A stretch of 56,497 bases of DNA, filler included, from Stramenopiles sp. TOSAG23-3 (taxonomy: Eukaryota), in assembly GCA_900128585.1 (NCBI GenBank). It is 13 parts of 13 records of this genome, joined end to end, with 100 filler letters (N's around TTAATTAATTAA, not from the genome) between each part and the next. Parts side by side here need not be neighbours in the genome. Positions count along the whole stretch, not along the records: positions 15,092 to 25,372 come from LT642828.1; positions 25,473 to 35,753 come from LT642829.1; 11 more parts are not named here. One strand, given 5' to 3'. Positions 22,801 through 33,353 of the stretch are shown piece by piece. The notes below the pieces were generated by a model. It was given only the letters and a program-made list of their open reading frames with translations, was not told where the DNA came from and ran no database searches. The position numbers and the translations under genes were made by a program. Position 1 is the stretch's first letter, and each line of letters begins with the position of its first letter.

Positions 22801-24511
22801 AAGGCGGCGACAGGCAGTAGAGATGGTATTCTGCATCGCAGCCGTCGCATAAGAGCATTTTGCCATGGTCGTCATCTTTCTGGCAACCGGTGCAGCCTCC
22901 GTTTGGAGGACGGGCAGGTTTTACCACTGTTGCTGTTGATTTTACTTTTGGTTTTGTCCGTGCTTTTTCTCGTTTTTTGCTCTTTGCGACCGAATGTCTA
23001 CTTTTGGGGTCATTGGTATCAGAGCGCACTACTTTGGCGTCTTTACCCCCAACAATATATTTTAGCTTGACGGACTTCACTTCTTCCCCGTCTTCAAATT
23101 TTATATGAAACGTCCCGTCATTGTTTATTGCCATCACCGTGCCACTGTACGCCCGCGCCCATCTCCATAATTTTGCTTTTAATTTCACTCCAACTTTTAA
23201 TATCTTTTGGGTGACTTCTTGCTCATTTAACTCTGACTTCTTGGCTTCGCCCAATTTCACAGGCACTCCGCACTTGCCGCACCAGTATCGTTGTACCCGT
23301 GCTTTTCTTGTGAAACCATCTTTGCGGGCCTTACAACCGCATTCCGGGCACAGTGGGCGTTCGATTTCTTTCTTTGTTTCTACAATTTCTGCACTCTCTT
23401 TTAGTTCTTTGTTATCACTCGTGGCTGGTTTAATCGTTTTTCTTGTTGAACCCAAAGCATTAGGGGTATGCTGGCCGCCGGCACAAGAAAGTTCTGTGTC
23501 TCCCAAGTCTTGTTTTGAATGTACACTAGAGCTGCTCTTGTTGTGGCGTTTTTGCCGAGGGCGGGAGGTGCACTCGGGGCAAAACCAATCCTCAGACGGG
23601 ATTTTTTTCAGTTTTGGCGAGAGGCAAAACATGTGATAGTCTTTGTTGCACGCATCGCACTTGAGCGTTTTGTCTGCACTATCGGTGAAGGTGCAAATTT
23701 CACAGCTCTGTAACTTCTGCCCGGTCGCTCGAAACCCTGCCACATTTTCAACATGCGCCGGCGTCTTTATGTGTTCTTCTCGCTCGGTAACTGTGGTGTT
23801 GCAATGGACACAGAATAGACCTTCGGGCCTTTCCTTGGGCCCGGGGTCTGCTGTTGCTATTTGGGCTTCCTCCGTTGCAACAGCGTGCTTCGGACGCTTG
23901 GGGGCATCGCTTATTCTCTGCAATTCGCCCCCGTCAAAAGCTTGGCGGGCCCTCTTTTTCGACGGTTTCTCTTCGCCCGATACGTCATGGGACGTAGACG
24001 CAGACTGGCTCAATGCAACTTTTTCCTCTGCGATTTGCCCATGGCTGCAAGAGTTTGAAGCCAGGTGGGATACTGCGTCTTCGTATTCGGTAAAACTAGT
24101 GTTTCCACACATGTGGCACCCAAACCGAAACAGGCAAGGAGAAGAAAAGTGTTTTCGCGTCGAACGGCGCTGGGCTGTCGGCGTGTGGTTGAAAAGCTTG
24201 GCCTTTTCGCTTTCTGCGTACTTGGGGCCGGACACTTCAAAAAAACGGAGCTGGGGGCTAGCAACTTCTTCCCAGCCCCATCGTGACATCACACCATCTT
24301 CAAACAATATATGGAATGGCTTCTTGCCCCTGGATGTTTTGTTGTATTTAAATACGGTCGCCCTTTCATACCCAACTTCGCCAGAAGTTTCAATTATTGC
24401 GGCATTAGAAACGTGTATCACTATGTTATTTTGAGCAAGCGACTCTCCAAATTCTACCGAGAGTGGGAAAAAAACTTTATCAAGTGGACAATATTCCGCT
24501 GCGGTGTCCAT
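16835..24511 (-). CDS. Trithorax/MLL (KMT2)-like histone H3K4 methyltransferase, 2558 aa, intronless
   Basis: C-terminal SET (SPIHRWGLFA, IEYIGE, ARFMNHCCDPNC, GEEIVYDY) and post-SET CNCGSVNC; FYRN (IYPVGYKSLRIFWS); extended PHD (WCHVNCALYS..HVHCA); bromodomain; ARID; Tudor-like segments; multiple C4HC3 PHD fingers. Confidence 0.95.
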   Translation of the reverse strand: MDTAAEYCPLDKVFFPLSVEFGESLAQNNIVIHVSNAAIIETSGEVGYERATVFKYNKTSRGKKPFHILFEDGVMSRWGWEEVASPQLRFFEVSGPKYAESEKAKLFNHTPTAQRRSTRKHFSSPCLFRFGCHMCGNTSFTEYEDAVSHLASNSCSHGQIAEEKVALSQSASTSHDVSGEEKPSKKRARQAFDGGELQRISDAPKRPKHAVATEEAQIATADPGPKERPEGLFCVHCNTTVTEREEHIKTPAHVENVAGFRATGQKLQSCEICTFTDSADKTLKCDACNKDYHMFCLSPKLKKIPSEDWFCPECTSRPRQKRHNKSSSSVHSKQDLGDTELSCAGGQHTPNALGSTRKTIKPATSDNKELKESAEIVETKKEIERPLCPECGCKARKDGFTRKARVQRYWCGKCGVPVKLGEAKKSELNEQEVTQKILKVGVKLKAKLWRWARAYSGTVMAINNDGTFHIKFEDGEEVKSVKLKYIVGGKDAKVVRSDTNDPKSRHSVAKSKKREKARTKPKVKSTATVVKPARPPNGGCTGCQKDDDHGKMLLCDGCDAEYHLYCLSPPLQSHPTEEIWCCPYCVATGHDRFVKQRHELRIQLEAKKPLGCKICKLPDETQDSFIMLCDGCDGEYHGNCLVPPLTTVPDGEWFCPECTCTVGLWQSIDTNARTGANSDESCSSSSSNSESDSESASSSEEGSSSDESDSSTSDDDQKSDQEPEKLNTELERETMNVLLEHKNIIEDGNSVLGCRIVLVLSPGSRRSNGRIVRYDSDKQLHLVVLHSSAAKWVDLSSLPCLVSQPYMLWAKHDNRKEPAEVFTPYGPSHRWFEAAYDPDLQIIVRVFEKNATCKILLKQACSKKALYGADGSITIGKRGVSSATGLLKEWLHSLLKQAQHETKVAFRVRETARKMETSSMFAGTSAHGVGKQLVVVKTQKNVTVVQYDIASKKHLITPPFIAPSHTIAEWVDLQFLIVSGYITYASDPSPPAPLHGIVSSDTGPNKDGPGECCVHCDVSVGVKSIGVLSAADCRQLALFPNLVRNPVPACKCENCGSLVHMTCMQPSYTHHGSMQKPFMCLKCSTKCFSCQGDGSVGNVLAQQGRVKWQTCSTKLGPQLFCGDCAPKQEVNQFCSVCYGTFSDDLDKIPMYCAECKSFFHKKCQEEHMSQLDENKFKFRPIAVNWSLKDRTNKLNTCPCCPYIFQYVEDMVTHCRTVHRMDPVEILCCNTLCKTVKFHKKQSIERGQKYACTICRKRGRLSSFSDVRWKQWVLEKRRSKKEFSSKAVHAFDTPLEKGESGSAQPSGTKIVESEVADTGTLNVDAEARAAPNAPNAPNAPNPGLQISAGSSVVNVISDQEKRHCSEMTTTLSKQHDTRVFLEKLQHFYESTGQGVRLRSLILGGRELNLHRLYLEVQTRGGNDQVTSKPGGWLAIFRSLENYNGTDTSASFRLKTIYKRYLLDYEISHQNNHQNSHENHELADSTSAKESDIVKETMVTFQTFTCSSCTFKQMQNVVDKMRELDKYCFFTMPVTTAMAPTYKNVIEKPMCLGLMSDKISSKQYSLANSINEFHNDLGLLVRNAAVFNGTSTMVWREAWKFLEACNPIFDKTFSEFSRVPGEYIQELGRLEQPRRRDFAKKAIISTREEKEKQRKLSEEKRKAMDKWYIWKDSETLLSSIPFQAISYQTEKEAYTLGWVDMCGICGSNGEKDVLFCVECGEAFHYYCVGRTNNVSAENSYSWRCTNCKVCEACGEAHSDETLILCDVCDRVYGLECLNPPLNAPPASGWVCAGCLNCPSCNFIANAGAKGKDKRCRWGEQVGNECKVCEKFKNIEEDQQKLLENNCRICMEQCTGDALVCGHCNCLVHYTCEEENEVSKYELSPVEYICALCRPVCMDGIEYGNYHAGQQVHCAVKNIQTYRLSLESTRSAHVLPLLTLEQGGGVLRLGTMPSTEFSFHASTPDYINLAESRLQGYDTVTTSANIWKDFRRCVFCSKIGDSNLHGRMIQLPDYAWCHVNCALYSSEICESETGLILHLEKAVRRGKKTASNVSLCSLCGKIGATMGCSKTRCKASFHVHCAIQANVRQNRQGAVVCAQCADQSLPTLSISVVNRHVTAYVPPETIPGDIQCFRIGTLTLLRLGKVVIPSYSGKGDIVYCGQYYSKATIYPVGYKSLRIFWSFTRPFKRCVYLCEVLLKDVDKVMLSGEKTRGKELFFRITASDCPIGSPLSVLESDNVHTLYSLLRSKIETLYSAATQTVGKGIEKYVAARNALTTRAASDNCYGLSGDFFFGFRVPAICRRIEALPNTAFYAFDKGFFNSLNYRFKYVTPSSMEVLKVKMAKERSSRNSVTEVLPSRTCAFNARSDGLTVLKKKNNGAENENGGGTAAKSRRRTAGDANSVASHMVIKYQKLKSENIWERVQVKRSPIHRWGLFAQRDIDSNDMVIEYIGERIRAIEADKREKIYDLTHDMGGCYMFRLDSNTIIDATHKGNMARFMNHCCDPNCYAKVVSVNKQKHIIIFSNRQISAGEEIVYDYQFPVEADAIQCNCGSVNCVGRMN

Positions 24512-24877
24512 ACTAATCCTTATACCGTCAATCCTCTCCGTGGATACAAATCAACCAAAAACCGGTACCAAAGTCACAGGCCACGTGGCATGCGTGTTGT
24601 CCGTGCGAAGCTATGTTTTGTTTGCAGCCTCGCCTTTCCGAACGATGTAGCTGACTGACCGACTTGACCGACTGTAACTGACTATCGGAAGGAACAAAAA
24701 TCTATGAAATGTATATGTACACGTAGTTTCGTCAAATTTAAATTTTCTTTCTGTTGGGCTAATGAATAAAATGTCTTTAATTGATTCATACCTACTTTCT
24801 TCTTCAATTGTAAAAAAGTAAAAGAGATACAATATTATAATACTCGTACTAAAAATTATTTCTCTTTCTTTTTTCTT

Positions 24878-25068
24878 CCACAACAACAACAACAACAACA
24901 ACAACAACATTATTTTTTATTATTATTAATATTATTATTATTATCATCCATCGAAGAAGAAGAAGAAGAAGAAGGAAGAAGAAGAAGAAGAAGAAGAAGA
25001 AAGAAGAAAAAAAAAAAAAAAGAAGAAGAACAGAAGAAGAAGAAGAGAAAAAAAGAAGAAAAGAGAAA
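24878..25068. repeat. (CAA)n, (TTA)n and (GAA)n microsatellite cluster
   Basis: Direct trinucleotide runs in an AT-rich spacer. Confidence 0.9.
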
Positions 25069-25581
25069 GTTAGTATAGATATTTAATTAATTCCACCTCT
25101 CTCTCATCATTATATATAATTAATAAAAAATACCTACTATTATACTGTATTACCGTGGGTATTATTATATATAAAAAAAGATAGATAATTATAATTGAAG
25201 GTGTCAATCAATCAAATAACAGCAACACAGGTACACTACTAGACGAATTGTATTGAAAGGAAACAAATACAGTGATCCTGTGTGGATGTAAAATATTTTA
25301 ATAATGAAAGATTGTTGTTGCGAGTTGCGAGATAGAAGAAAAGAAGAATTGAAAATGTCTTCTTCTTATTTTNNNNNNNNNNNNNNNNNNNNNNNNNNNN
25401 NNNNNNNNNNNNNNNNTTAATTAATTAANNNNNNNNNNNNNNNNNNNNNNNNNNNNNNNNNNNNNNNNNNNNGCTTTGATTATAGTTTAAAAGTCTTATC
25501 TTATCATAACGTTTCATATCATATCACAATTTATCATTTAATAATACGCTAACCCGAAAAAAAGACTATTAACACCAAAAT

Positions 25582-26550
25582 TCATTCCCAAGCGTTGTTC
25601 GTCTCTTCTTCTTCTTTACCATTTGGCATTATTGCATACTCGGGCCCCTCATCCTCGCTCGTCGCATCCCAGTAATCGTACTTCAAGAACATCCCGAATC
25701 CAAATACAATAAGTGCCACCCCAGTGATTTGCAATGCTCCAAGCGTTGTGCCGTGGAGTAGATAGTCGCTCAAGGCGCTCAGGGGTATCGTCATCAGCCC
25801 GGCGACGGAGACGAAGACCGGCGACGGCAGCAATGCGAGTGCTGCCATAAAGCTCACGTTGTACATTGTGCCTAGGAAAGCATTGAATGCAATCAATTGG
25901 AACTGGCCAGTCGAGGGAAAACGGAAAGGCTCCCACCCAAAATAGTTGAAAGGGATGAAAAATACCCAAAAGACAAACAAGTGGGCCAGCCCGTAACTTC
26001 CAAGTATAAAGCAGAGCAGCAGCGGTGGGGTGCTATCGTTCACGCCATACTTTTTGTAGAGCACTTCCCAAAGCCCATACAGCACGGCGGCAAAGAACGT
26101 TAGCAGCGCCGCTGGATTTATGAAACTCCCGGCATCAAATTTACTCCCGCCATTGGCCAGAGACGTAAGAAATGCGCCGCAAATACTAACAACGACAGCA
26201 AGGACCTTTCCACAAACCAGGCGCTCCTTTAGAAACACGACGGCGAAAACATACGCAGAGGCAACGCTGGTATTGAACACTGCGGTCACAATCTCTACGG
26301 GCGCGTTTGGCATACCCAGGCATACAAACCACAGGTAGTTTGGGATAAAATACAAAAAGCCAAGCATTAGCGCAAGCAGTGCATACCGCTTCATGGACAA
26401 GTTAAACGCCGCCAGGTACTCTCTGATGCTGTACGTCAGGGCCCCGGACTTCGTAGTACCCCCGAAAAAACCCACTTTGGCTGCTGAGAAAAGGAAAAAT
26501 AAACAAAGGCAAGAATGATTCGTCCACGTAATGAAAGTAACCCACCAACG
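25582..26550 (-). CDS. SLC35F/EamA (DMT superfamily) transporter; 5' end unresolved
   Basis: The frame extends upstream of the listed GTG to FITWTNHS; also NYLWFVCL, FNTSVASAYVFAVVFLKERL..KVLAVVVSICG, YGLWEVLYKK, GLMTIPLSALSD; ~9 TM helices visible. Confidence 0.8.
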   Translation of the reverse strand, partial: RWWVTFITWTNHSCLCLFFLFSAAKVGFFGGTTKSGALTYSIREYLAAFNLSMKRYALLALMLGFLYFIPNYLWFVCLGMPNAPVEIVTAVFNTSVASAYVFAVVFLKERLVCGKVLAVVVSICGAFLTSLANGGSKFDAGSFINPAALLTFFAAVLYGLWEVLYKKYGVNDSTPPLLLCFILGSYGLAHLFVFWVFFIPFNYFGWEPFRFPSTGQFQLIAFNAFLGTMYNVSFMAALALLPSPVFVSVAGLMTIPLSALSDYLLHGTTLGALQITGVALIVFGFGMFLKYDYWDATSEDEGPEYAIMPNGKEEEETNNAWE

Positions 26551-27099
26551 TACGGCGGCACGAGTTGTTCGTCGCCGGCATCATCCAGCAGGTCGAACGA
26601 ACGAGTTTCGATAGCCACCGTTTGAAATTTACAGAGACTGCAGTGAGACAACTGGTTCGTCCTCCAGCATTCTTGAAAGTATCATTTTTCATTCCCGATT
26701 CTTGTTGAATCCCTGAATCTCTACTTAAAAATCTTGATTCTCTTGAATTCATCTTCTTTCGATGATCTTTTCTTCTTTTCTTCTTCTTTTCTTCTTCTTC
26801 TTTTTTCTTCTCACTCCCCCGGTGGTGTATTAGTATGTCGTCCTCCATCTTTTCTCGTTCTCATAACTTGCAGCTTACAAACAAGCCATTATTAATTAAG
26901 GAAATATGTATATTTTATTATAGGAGTTTGATTATTTTGTCCAGCTCTATCTCGTACAAATAATATTTGTTTTCTCTTTCATTGACTGACTGACTAGCTA
27001 GCTACTACTATACTGTAATAAATTTAAATGTATGAACACAAATAAGGTCGCTTTTGAGAGCCATCCAATTATAATAATACGGTCAATCAATCAAAATCA

Positions 27100-27305
27100 A
27101 TGAAGAAAAGAAGAAAAAGAAGAAGAAAAAGAAGATAAAAGAAAGAAGATAAAAGAAGAAGAAGAAAGAAGAAAAAAGAGAAGAAGAATATAAATAACAA
27201 CAAGAAAGAAGAAGAAGAAGAACGAAGAAGAAGAACGAAGAAGAAGAAGAAGAAAAAGAACGAAGAAGAAGAAAGAAAGAAAGAAAGAAAGAAAGAAGAG
27301 AGAGA
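27100..27305. repeat. GAA/GAAA-rich low-complexity tract
   Basis: Purine-rich imperfect microsatellite. Confidence 0.9.
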
Positions 27306-27744
27306 AGTATTTACAATTGGGTTCTTCGGATTTAAAATAAAAAAATTGCCATAATAAATAAAACAACAAAAAAAAAGAAGAAGAAAGAAAAGAGGAGATG
27401 AAAACATTTAAAACAAAATTATTATTATTATTTTAGACGACTACTTGCTTGCTGCTTTTTTAATTTTGTTATTTAGACTATAATATACCATATTGCTAAT
27501 GATGAAATATTATTATTTACAACAAAGAAGCCATAGAAGAGAAAAAGAAATAAAACATCTACGCGCAGTAATCATTTCGACATATTTGGAGACACACGTT
27601 TGTTAGGAAAGAACTACGTACATAAAAGTAAGTATTGTTCGCACCTAACTATTCAGAGGTTTGTATCGTCCATCGTATAGTGTCTGTCTGGCTTCAGCGA
27701 GTCACCTCTGGTACGGCAGGTCGGTACGACGGTTGGGCGGTTAG

Positions 27745-30700
27745 ATGTCCAAAAAGCGCGCGCAAGCCCGGACTTCGGAGCTGTCCGCGCCGGTTAATAT
27801 GGGAGATGGGGGGTTTCGGAGTGTCCTGCGGAAAAAGAAGCGGGAGGATATGACAGGTTACATTTTTCGGTGCAACAATAAAACGGAGGTCGACTGCTTG
27901 CGAATGCTGTGCTTTGGGTCTCCAAAGCCAACTTTGGATCATATGATACAAAATTGCAAACCATTCTCTACACTCTTGTTTTTATATAATTTTGAAAAAA
28001 AATCGTTCGTCGGGGGTATTTTTTGTGCCACAGCAGTGCCTCGAACGAACCTGTGGAAAACCTCGTGGCAAAACAGGTTTCCCGCGCAAGTACTAGTCCG
28101 AAAAGTATCTTCGTACACGAACGTAACTTTTGGGAGAATAGGAAAGGTTAACGTCCTTAACCCGAAGATAATCCGATCGGGCATTCCGCCAGGCATCTAC
28201 TCAGAAATAGTCGCGGACTTGGCGGCGGCGTCGGCAAAGTTTTTGCTATACACCGTCGCTCCCGCATTCCGAAACGATACATGGACTCTTAGGCACGGGA
28301 AAGTAACCGTCTTGCTGGACGTTTCGGAAATAGCCGGTTGCAAGCGCTCACTTGCCTTTCACTTCCCCGAAGAAGGACAGGTAAAAGACGTTCGCAACTT
28401 TCTTCCATTTGTGTTTGGGGAGAAAGCGTCCCCAAGGCGGTTCATATTAAAGGCGCGAAAGTCGGGCAACATTCTGCATGACTTTCAGACGTTTCCGTAC
28501 CTCAAATGGAACGCAAACGCCGTCTCGCCAGAGATAACAGTGTTCGATGCTGACAAGCATGGCCCCATAAACGCTTTGGACATGGAGCGCGAGTACGTTA
28601 AGTTTTCCTCGTGGTTTCAGGCGTTGGCCGAGAGGAAAAAATCAAAGTCTGAGAAGCGTGAGTCGAAAGAAGAAAGCAAGAAGTCGGCGGCAGGGGGGGG
28701 GAAATTCTGACTTGGAGCAGTATTGCTTAAAGGTGAAGGAGTACCTTCTCAAGCGGGAATGGAAGAACGACGGTGAGGCGCTGCTGTGTACCGTTGGGTC
28801 GGTCCTTCCCGTCCCCAAGTCTCTGCGAACCGGTAAGAAGCCCCTGCGCAAAGTCTTGGAGGGCTCCAGCCTTGGATTTATCGTAGATATAAGCACAGGA
28901 AAAGTATGGTTGGGAAAACAGGGTGAAAGTCCAGAGGGCAGCAAGCCATCTCCTCCCGAGGACAGCAGGCCTTCTCTCCTCAAGGAACCACCCCCCCCTC
29001 CCCCCGAGCGCAGTAAACCACCCCCCCCCTCTACACCCCTCCCGCCCGACGAGACAATAACAATTAGGGTAAAGGATGTGGGGGGAAATGAGACGAAATT
29101 CAAAATTTTAAAAGCAAGAACCAAAATGATTAAAGTTTTTAACGCCTACGCAAAACGAAACGGTGTTTTAACAAGCAAGCTTCGTTTTCTTATTGGCGGG
29201 GAGAGGGTGAATCCGGAAAGCACAGCAGCCACGCTTGGCTTGGAGAACCAAGACGAAATTGACGTATTGGGAGAACTCAGCGACGACGATGGGGAAGAGG
29301 GGGGGATTATTTTTAAGCCCACCAAGACAGTGTCACTAGACAGAAGCCCAAAGTTTCAATGCAAGGGGTGCATGAAGCGTTTCATAGATTGGCCCACGTG
29401 CAATCGCCACATCAAGAACTCCGACCATCTACCACTTAGAAAAACTAACGCCCCCACGGACGCTTCGTACTTGAGGGATATTTGCACAATCGGGCGCCTG
29501 GAACGGTCCACTGACACTAAGCAAAAGCTATTACCGGATAAAATGGTGGAAGTTAGGTTGTCATGGGCACGCCCGTACTTTAGCCCAAAACCAGGGAGGG
29601 AGGTACTCCCGTTTTCGATTGACCGAGACGCGGATATGGCCTCGATCGTGGAGTTCCTTACGACCGACTCGTTGTTCACCGCGGAAGCCCAGCAGGAGTG
29701 GTGCCCAGATGAGTTTCTGAACAGCACCGGGCAAAGTTGGCGGATCTGTCTCCCCCACATTGCTTCGTCCAGTGCCAAGCCGCGGGAACTGCTGTTTGAA
29801 GAAACGTTATGCCATGCTTATCTGTACAGTATGTTTCTGCACGAGGATGTATTTGAAAGCCCTGGGAGTGGCGGCGAAGTGCACTTGGTCCTGCACCCAG
29901 TTAGCTTGGCCACAGGCGAACCAAGCCGGCAGACGAAGCCGTTGCCCCCATGCCCCCCGGGCTTCAACAGCACGAGCACGGCTACCGCTTCCAATGGGTA
30001 CCCTGGGCCCCCGCCGACAGCTGAGGACATAGATATACAGCGGCAACAGAATAAACGCATGCCCCCCCCCCGGATTTTCTCCAAAAATTGATGTTATTGG
30101 CGAACCGAGTAAAGGTCTCTTAAACAAACATGAATCTCTCTCAAAAGGTTTTGAATCTCTCAGCCTAGACAACGACTCAAAGGGTTTTCTTAGCCTGCTG
30201 ACACCATCGGGCGACTCTGTTCTCAAACGGGCAGACTCCAGCGAGTTCCCGCGGTTACCATCGAGCATTAAAACCACGGGCATTGAAAAGAGACCAGGCG
30301 CACAAGAGAAGTTGTCGGCGCACGAAGGAAAGTCGTACGCAGCTCTAGACTGGAAAACCCAAGGGGAACCACCGAAGCCAAGAAAAACCGAGGCGTTCGG
30401 CAAACGAATATTGGATATGAAACGAGAGGCCACAGCAGGCTACATGTTTTTTTCCAACCACGAGACATTCACCACGTGCCTTCCCGAGGAGAACGTGTCT
30501 CTGGAGAATTATGAGGGCATATTTGGGGATGTCAAGGGATGCATACAAAATATGAGGGAGAATATCGACGAGCACACCCCTTTGTTTCTTTTCAACCTCT
30601 CATCAAAGCAACTTCACGGAATATTTTTTTGTAAAGGGAAGCCTGGGATCTTGTTGGACAAATCCAAATTTTGCGACATCGGGTCTACGTATTGCAAATT

Positions 30701-32630
30701 TCCGTCTCAAGTCAGGGTAGAGTATTCTTCCCAGCACAGGAAAACCCACCAGCTTCGAGAAAGAGCATCTTTTAATTACAAGCGCGGGCCGTTGACATTA
30801 AATGAAACAAATGCGCTCATTGCTATGTTAGGGTTTAAAGGTTTGTCTTTGAATGCGCATTATCGGAAAGCTGTAAGCACGCAGCCTACCATTTCACCGT
30901 TTGATGAACTGCTAGATGCAGCAATGAGGGCACGGGTGCCAGTGCCGCAGGAAAACCCTGTTTTGATAATCGATGGGATCGATTTAGTACAAAATAAGAA
31001 CGCGCCAGGGTACAACAAAATGATACCAAGAAAAAGTTCCCCGGGCAAAGCGGCGTGCGTCGCAATTGCGCAACTTTTGGAAAAAGGGTACGACAACGTG
31101 GTGGTGGCCATGCCAAAGCCTTTGTTTTTGAAATGCATGAAGCATGAGCAGTTCGAAGAACTTGATCAGGGAAAACATGTGTACATCCAGCCTTCAGATG
31201 CCGAGGAAGGGAATGTGTTTATGCTAGAGCACGCTTTGTCAGCAAAGTTTCATGGTCGGGCCGTTGTCTTGAGCACCAGTTTTAGCAGCAATGTGGAAAG
31301 CCTTATTGGGGACCCCAATCGCCAACGTTTCTTCCACTCTTGGAAGTCATCGCGGATTTTTGATTTCACATGGGTTAGGGGTAATTTATACTTGGGTAAA
31401 AATGTTCCGCCTGCCAACCATAAGACTGCCATGATAAAGGAGTACGTTTGTCCCCTCGACGAATTGTTGCGCCGCGACTGCATTCAATCGTGCGTTGCGT
31501 GTATCCTCCATACGGTCAACAAATGGGATTTGAAACCGCTAGACGACGACAGATCTCTTTCAAAAAGAGCGAACAAGACGATTTCGAATTGGATATTTGA
31601 CTGTTCCAGAGACGGGGGTCTCTTTCGCGACAACATGTTGCCGATCAACGACAATTTTGTGGAAGAGCACTTCAGGAAACGGTTTTACAATGAGTTCGAC
31701 CCTCAGGTGAATAAAGGCAAGATAGCAACGGCCCTTTACAATAGTGTGATGAAAAACGTGGAGAGCGCCATCGCCGAGATCAAGAAACAGAAAGGTTCTC
31801 CCCCGATCTCCCATAGCCGCAGGAAAGTCGACTGGCTAGGAAAGCCCACAGTGACTTTGCAGTGCCTCAACGGCCAAGAATTTGTGGAATTGCCTATCTA
31901 CCGAAGCCATTACACGGCCCTTGCTCAAGCTCACCAGAGCAGTGGCGACAGGAATGTCGGCTATGATTCACAGTATTTGGACTCAAGGATATTTTCGATG
32001 CTTCAGCGTTACGAGACACTTTGGAGCAAGAACTCAGGCGCCCAGGGTGCTTTGCCAGACGCAGTTTTCGACATTCTGAAGAGAGAGTTGCTGGTTGCAG
32101 GTGAGTGCTTTGCCAGCCCCTTAAATCATCGACTGGACAAGTACTACAGTGCCTTCCCAGACACTGACAAGTGTTTTGGTAGCCTTGGATCTTTTTACAA
32201 GAGTTACGGTATGGAGGGCAGTTGGGAGTGCAACCCTCCCTTTGATACTAAAAGCGTGGTAAAAGCGCTGGAACAAATCAAGCAGCTGCTGACGGAAGCC
32301 ACCGAACAGTTCAACATTCTGTCGTTTGCAGTGTTCTTTGGGGAATTTTCCGCAGACAGCAGGGTTGGCATGATCATAGACGATTTAAAACCATTTCTGA
32401 GAGCTTCCACAGTTGCACACGAACACGTTTACTTGTACGGATTCCAGCATCGTTCAGCCGGGGGACACGGCAATGTTCATTGGAAAGCACTAAGGCCGAC
32501 ACAGATATTACTGTTGCAAAGTGATGAGGCGTTTAAAAATATATGCTACAGCAGTCAGAAAAAAGCTAGTAACATTTTAGAAGAGGTAAAGGTTGCCTTC
32601 AACCAACCCCTTGATCGCACCGCGCAATGA
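27745..32630 (+). CDS. Multidomain DCD / LOTUS-like / SUMO-like / C2H2 / DCD / NYN-PIN-like / PCIF1-type methyltransferase protein (~1627 aa if the two homopolymer frameshifts are corrected)
   Basis: Three consecutive ORFs joined by +1 shifts in G9 (28693-28701) and C10 (30062-30071). DCD motifs GYIFRCNNKT..LFLYNF..FPAQV and GYMFFSNHET..LFLFNL..LHGIF..FPSQV; SUMO-like ITIRVKD..KVFNAYAKRNG..LRFLIGGERV..DEIDV; PCIF1 motifs QGALP..ECFASPLN..YSAFPDTD..FGSLG..ECNPPF. Confidence 0.8.
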
Positions 32631-32809
32631 AAAAAAAAAGGTAACGCGGGTGTACAGTGTATGTTTTGAGATTTCCCCTCATCTATAATTTTTAAACTAA
32701 ACAGTTTATCTAGTTGTTTTAGTGAAAGACGACAACTACTATAATCAAATTACAAATGTAATATTACCCGGTATGTTCTAGGGTTGGAACTGAAATCGTA
32801 ATTGAAAAA

Positions 32810-32860
32810 ATAACAGCCAATTTTCTTGTTTTTAAAAAAAAATGAGAGTCTTAAGCATAT
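32810..32860 (+). repeat. Dispersed repeat copy: 25-bp motif plus companion ATGAGAGTCTTAA motif
   Basis: Exact 25-mer at 32810-32834 followed by ATGAGAGTCTTAAGCATA, also seen near 14838 (+), 13458-13480 (-), 38061-38078 (-) and 38263 (+). Confidence 0.85.
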
Positions 32861-33353
32861 GTTACCCGGTACCAGGTAGAACTTCTACTCCCTAAATTCC
32901 CTCCCCGTATAATATTATTATAATAATAGAACGACTAAATATACCGATATGATGATGATGCCATTTTTTTTTTTTGCGAAGAAGAGAAGGTAAAAAAAAA
33001 AGAAAGAATTAAAAAGGGCTGCTTCTCCTCGAATACGACTAATACAGGCACACAACATGGTACAATGACGACCAGAAATTTCTATAATAATATATGAACT
33101 ATTAATTAATAGCATCATAAAATTAATTAGACGACTTGTCTTTCTAATAGTATCAGCAGCAAAAAAGCACTTCTCCACTCTGCCTCCTGTGTTGTCTCAT
33201 TCGGTCAACAAGTGACCCAACCGATTTTAACCAACAGATGAATAATTTAGTTTTAATGGACTTTAATTATTTATTCAAGGTCAGGTTGAAGGTTCAATTG
33301 ATATAAGAGTATTTACAGGCAATTTACATATTCATTGAAAGGAAGAATTAATT

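Noticed and set aside
27087-27407. Phe/Leu/Ser-rich ORFs here and at 3105, 14838, 24611 and 53385
   Set aside because: Translations of microsatellite or AT-rich low-complexity DNA.
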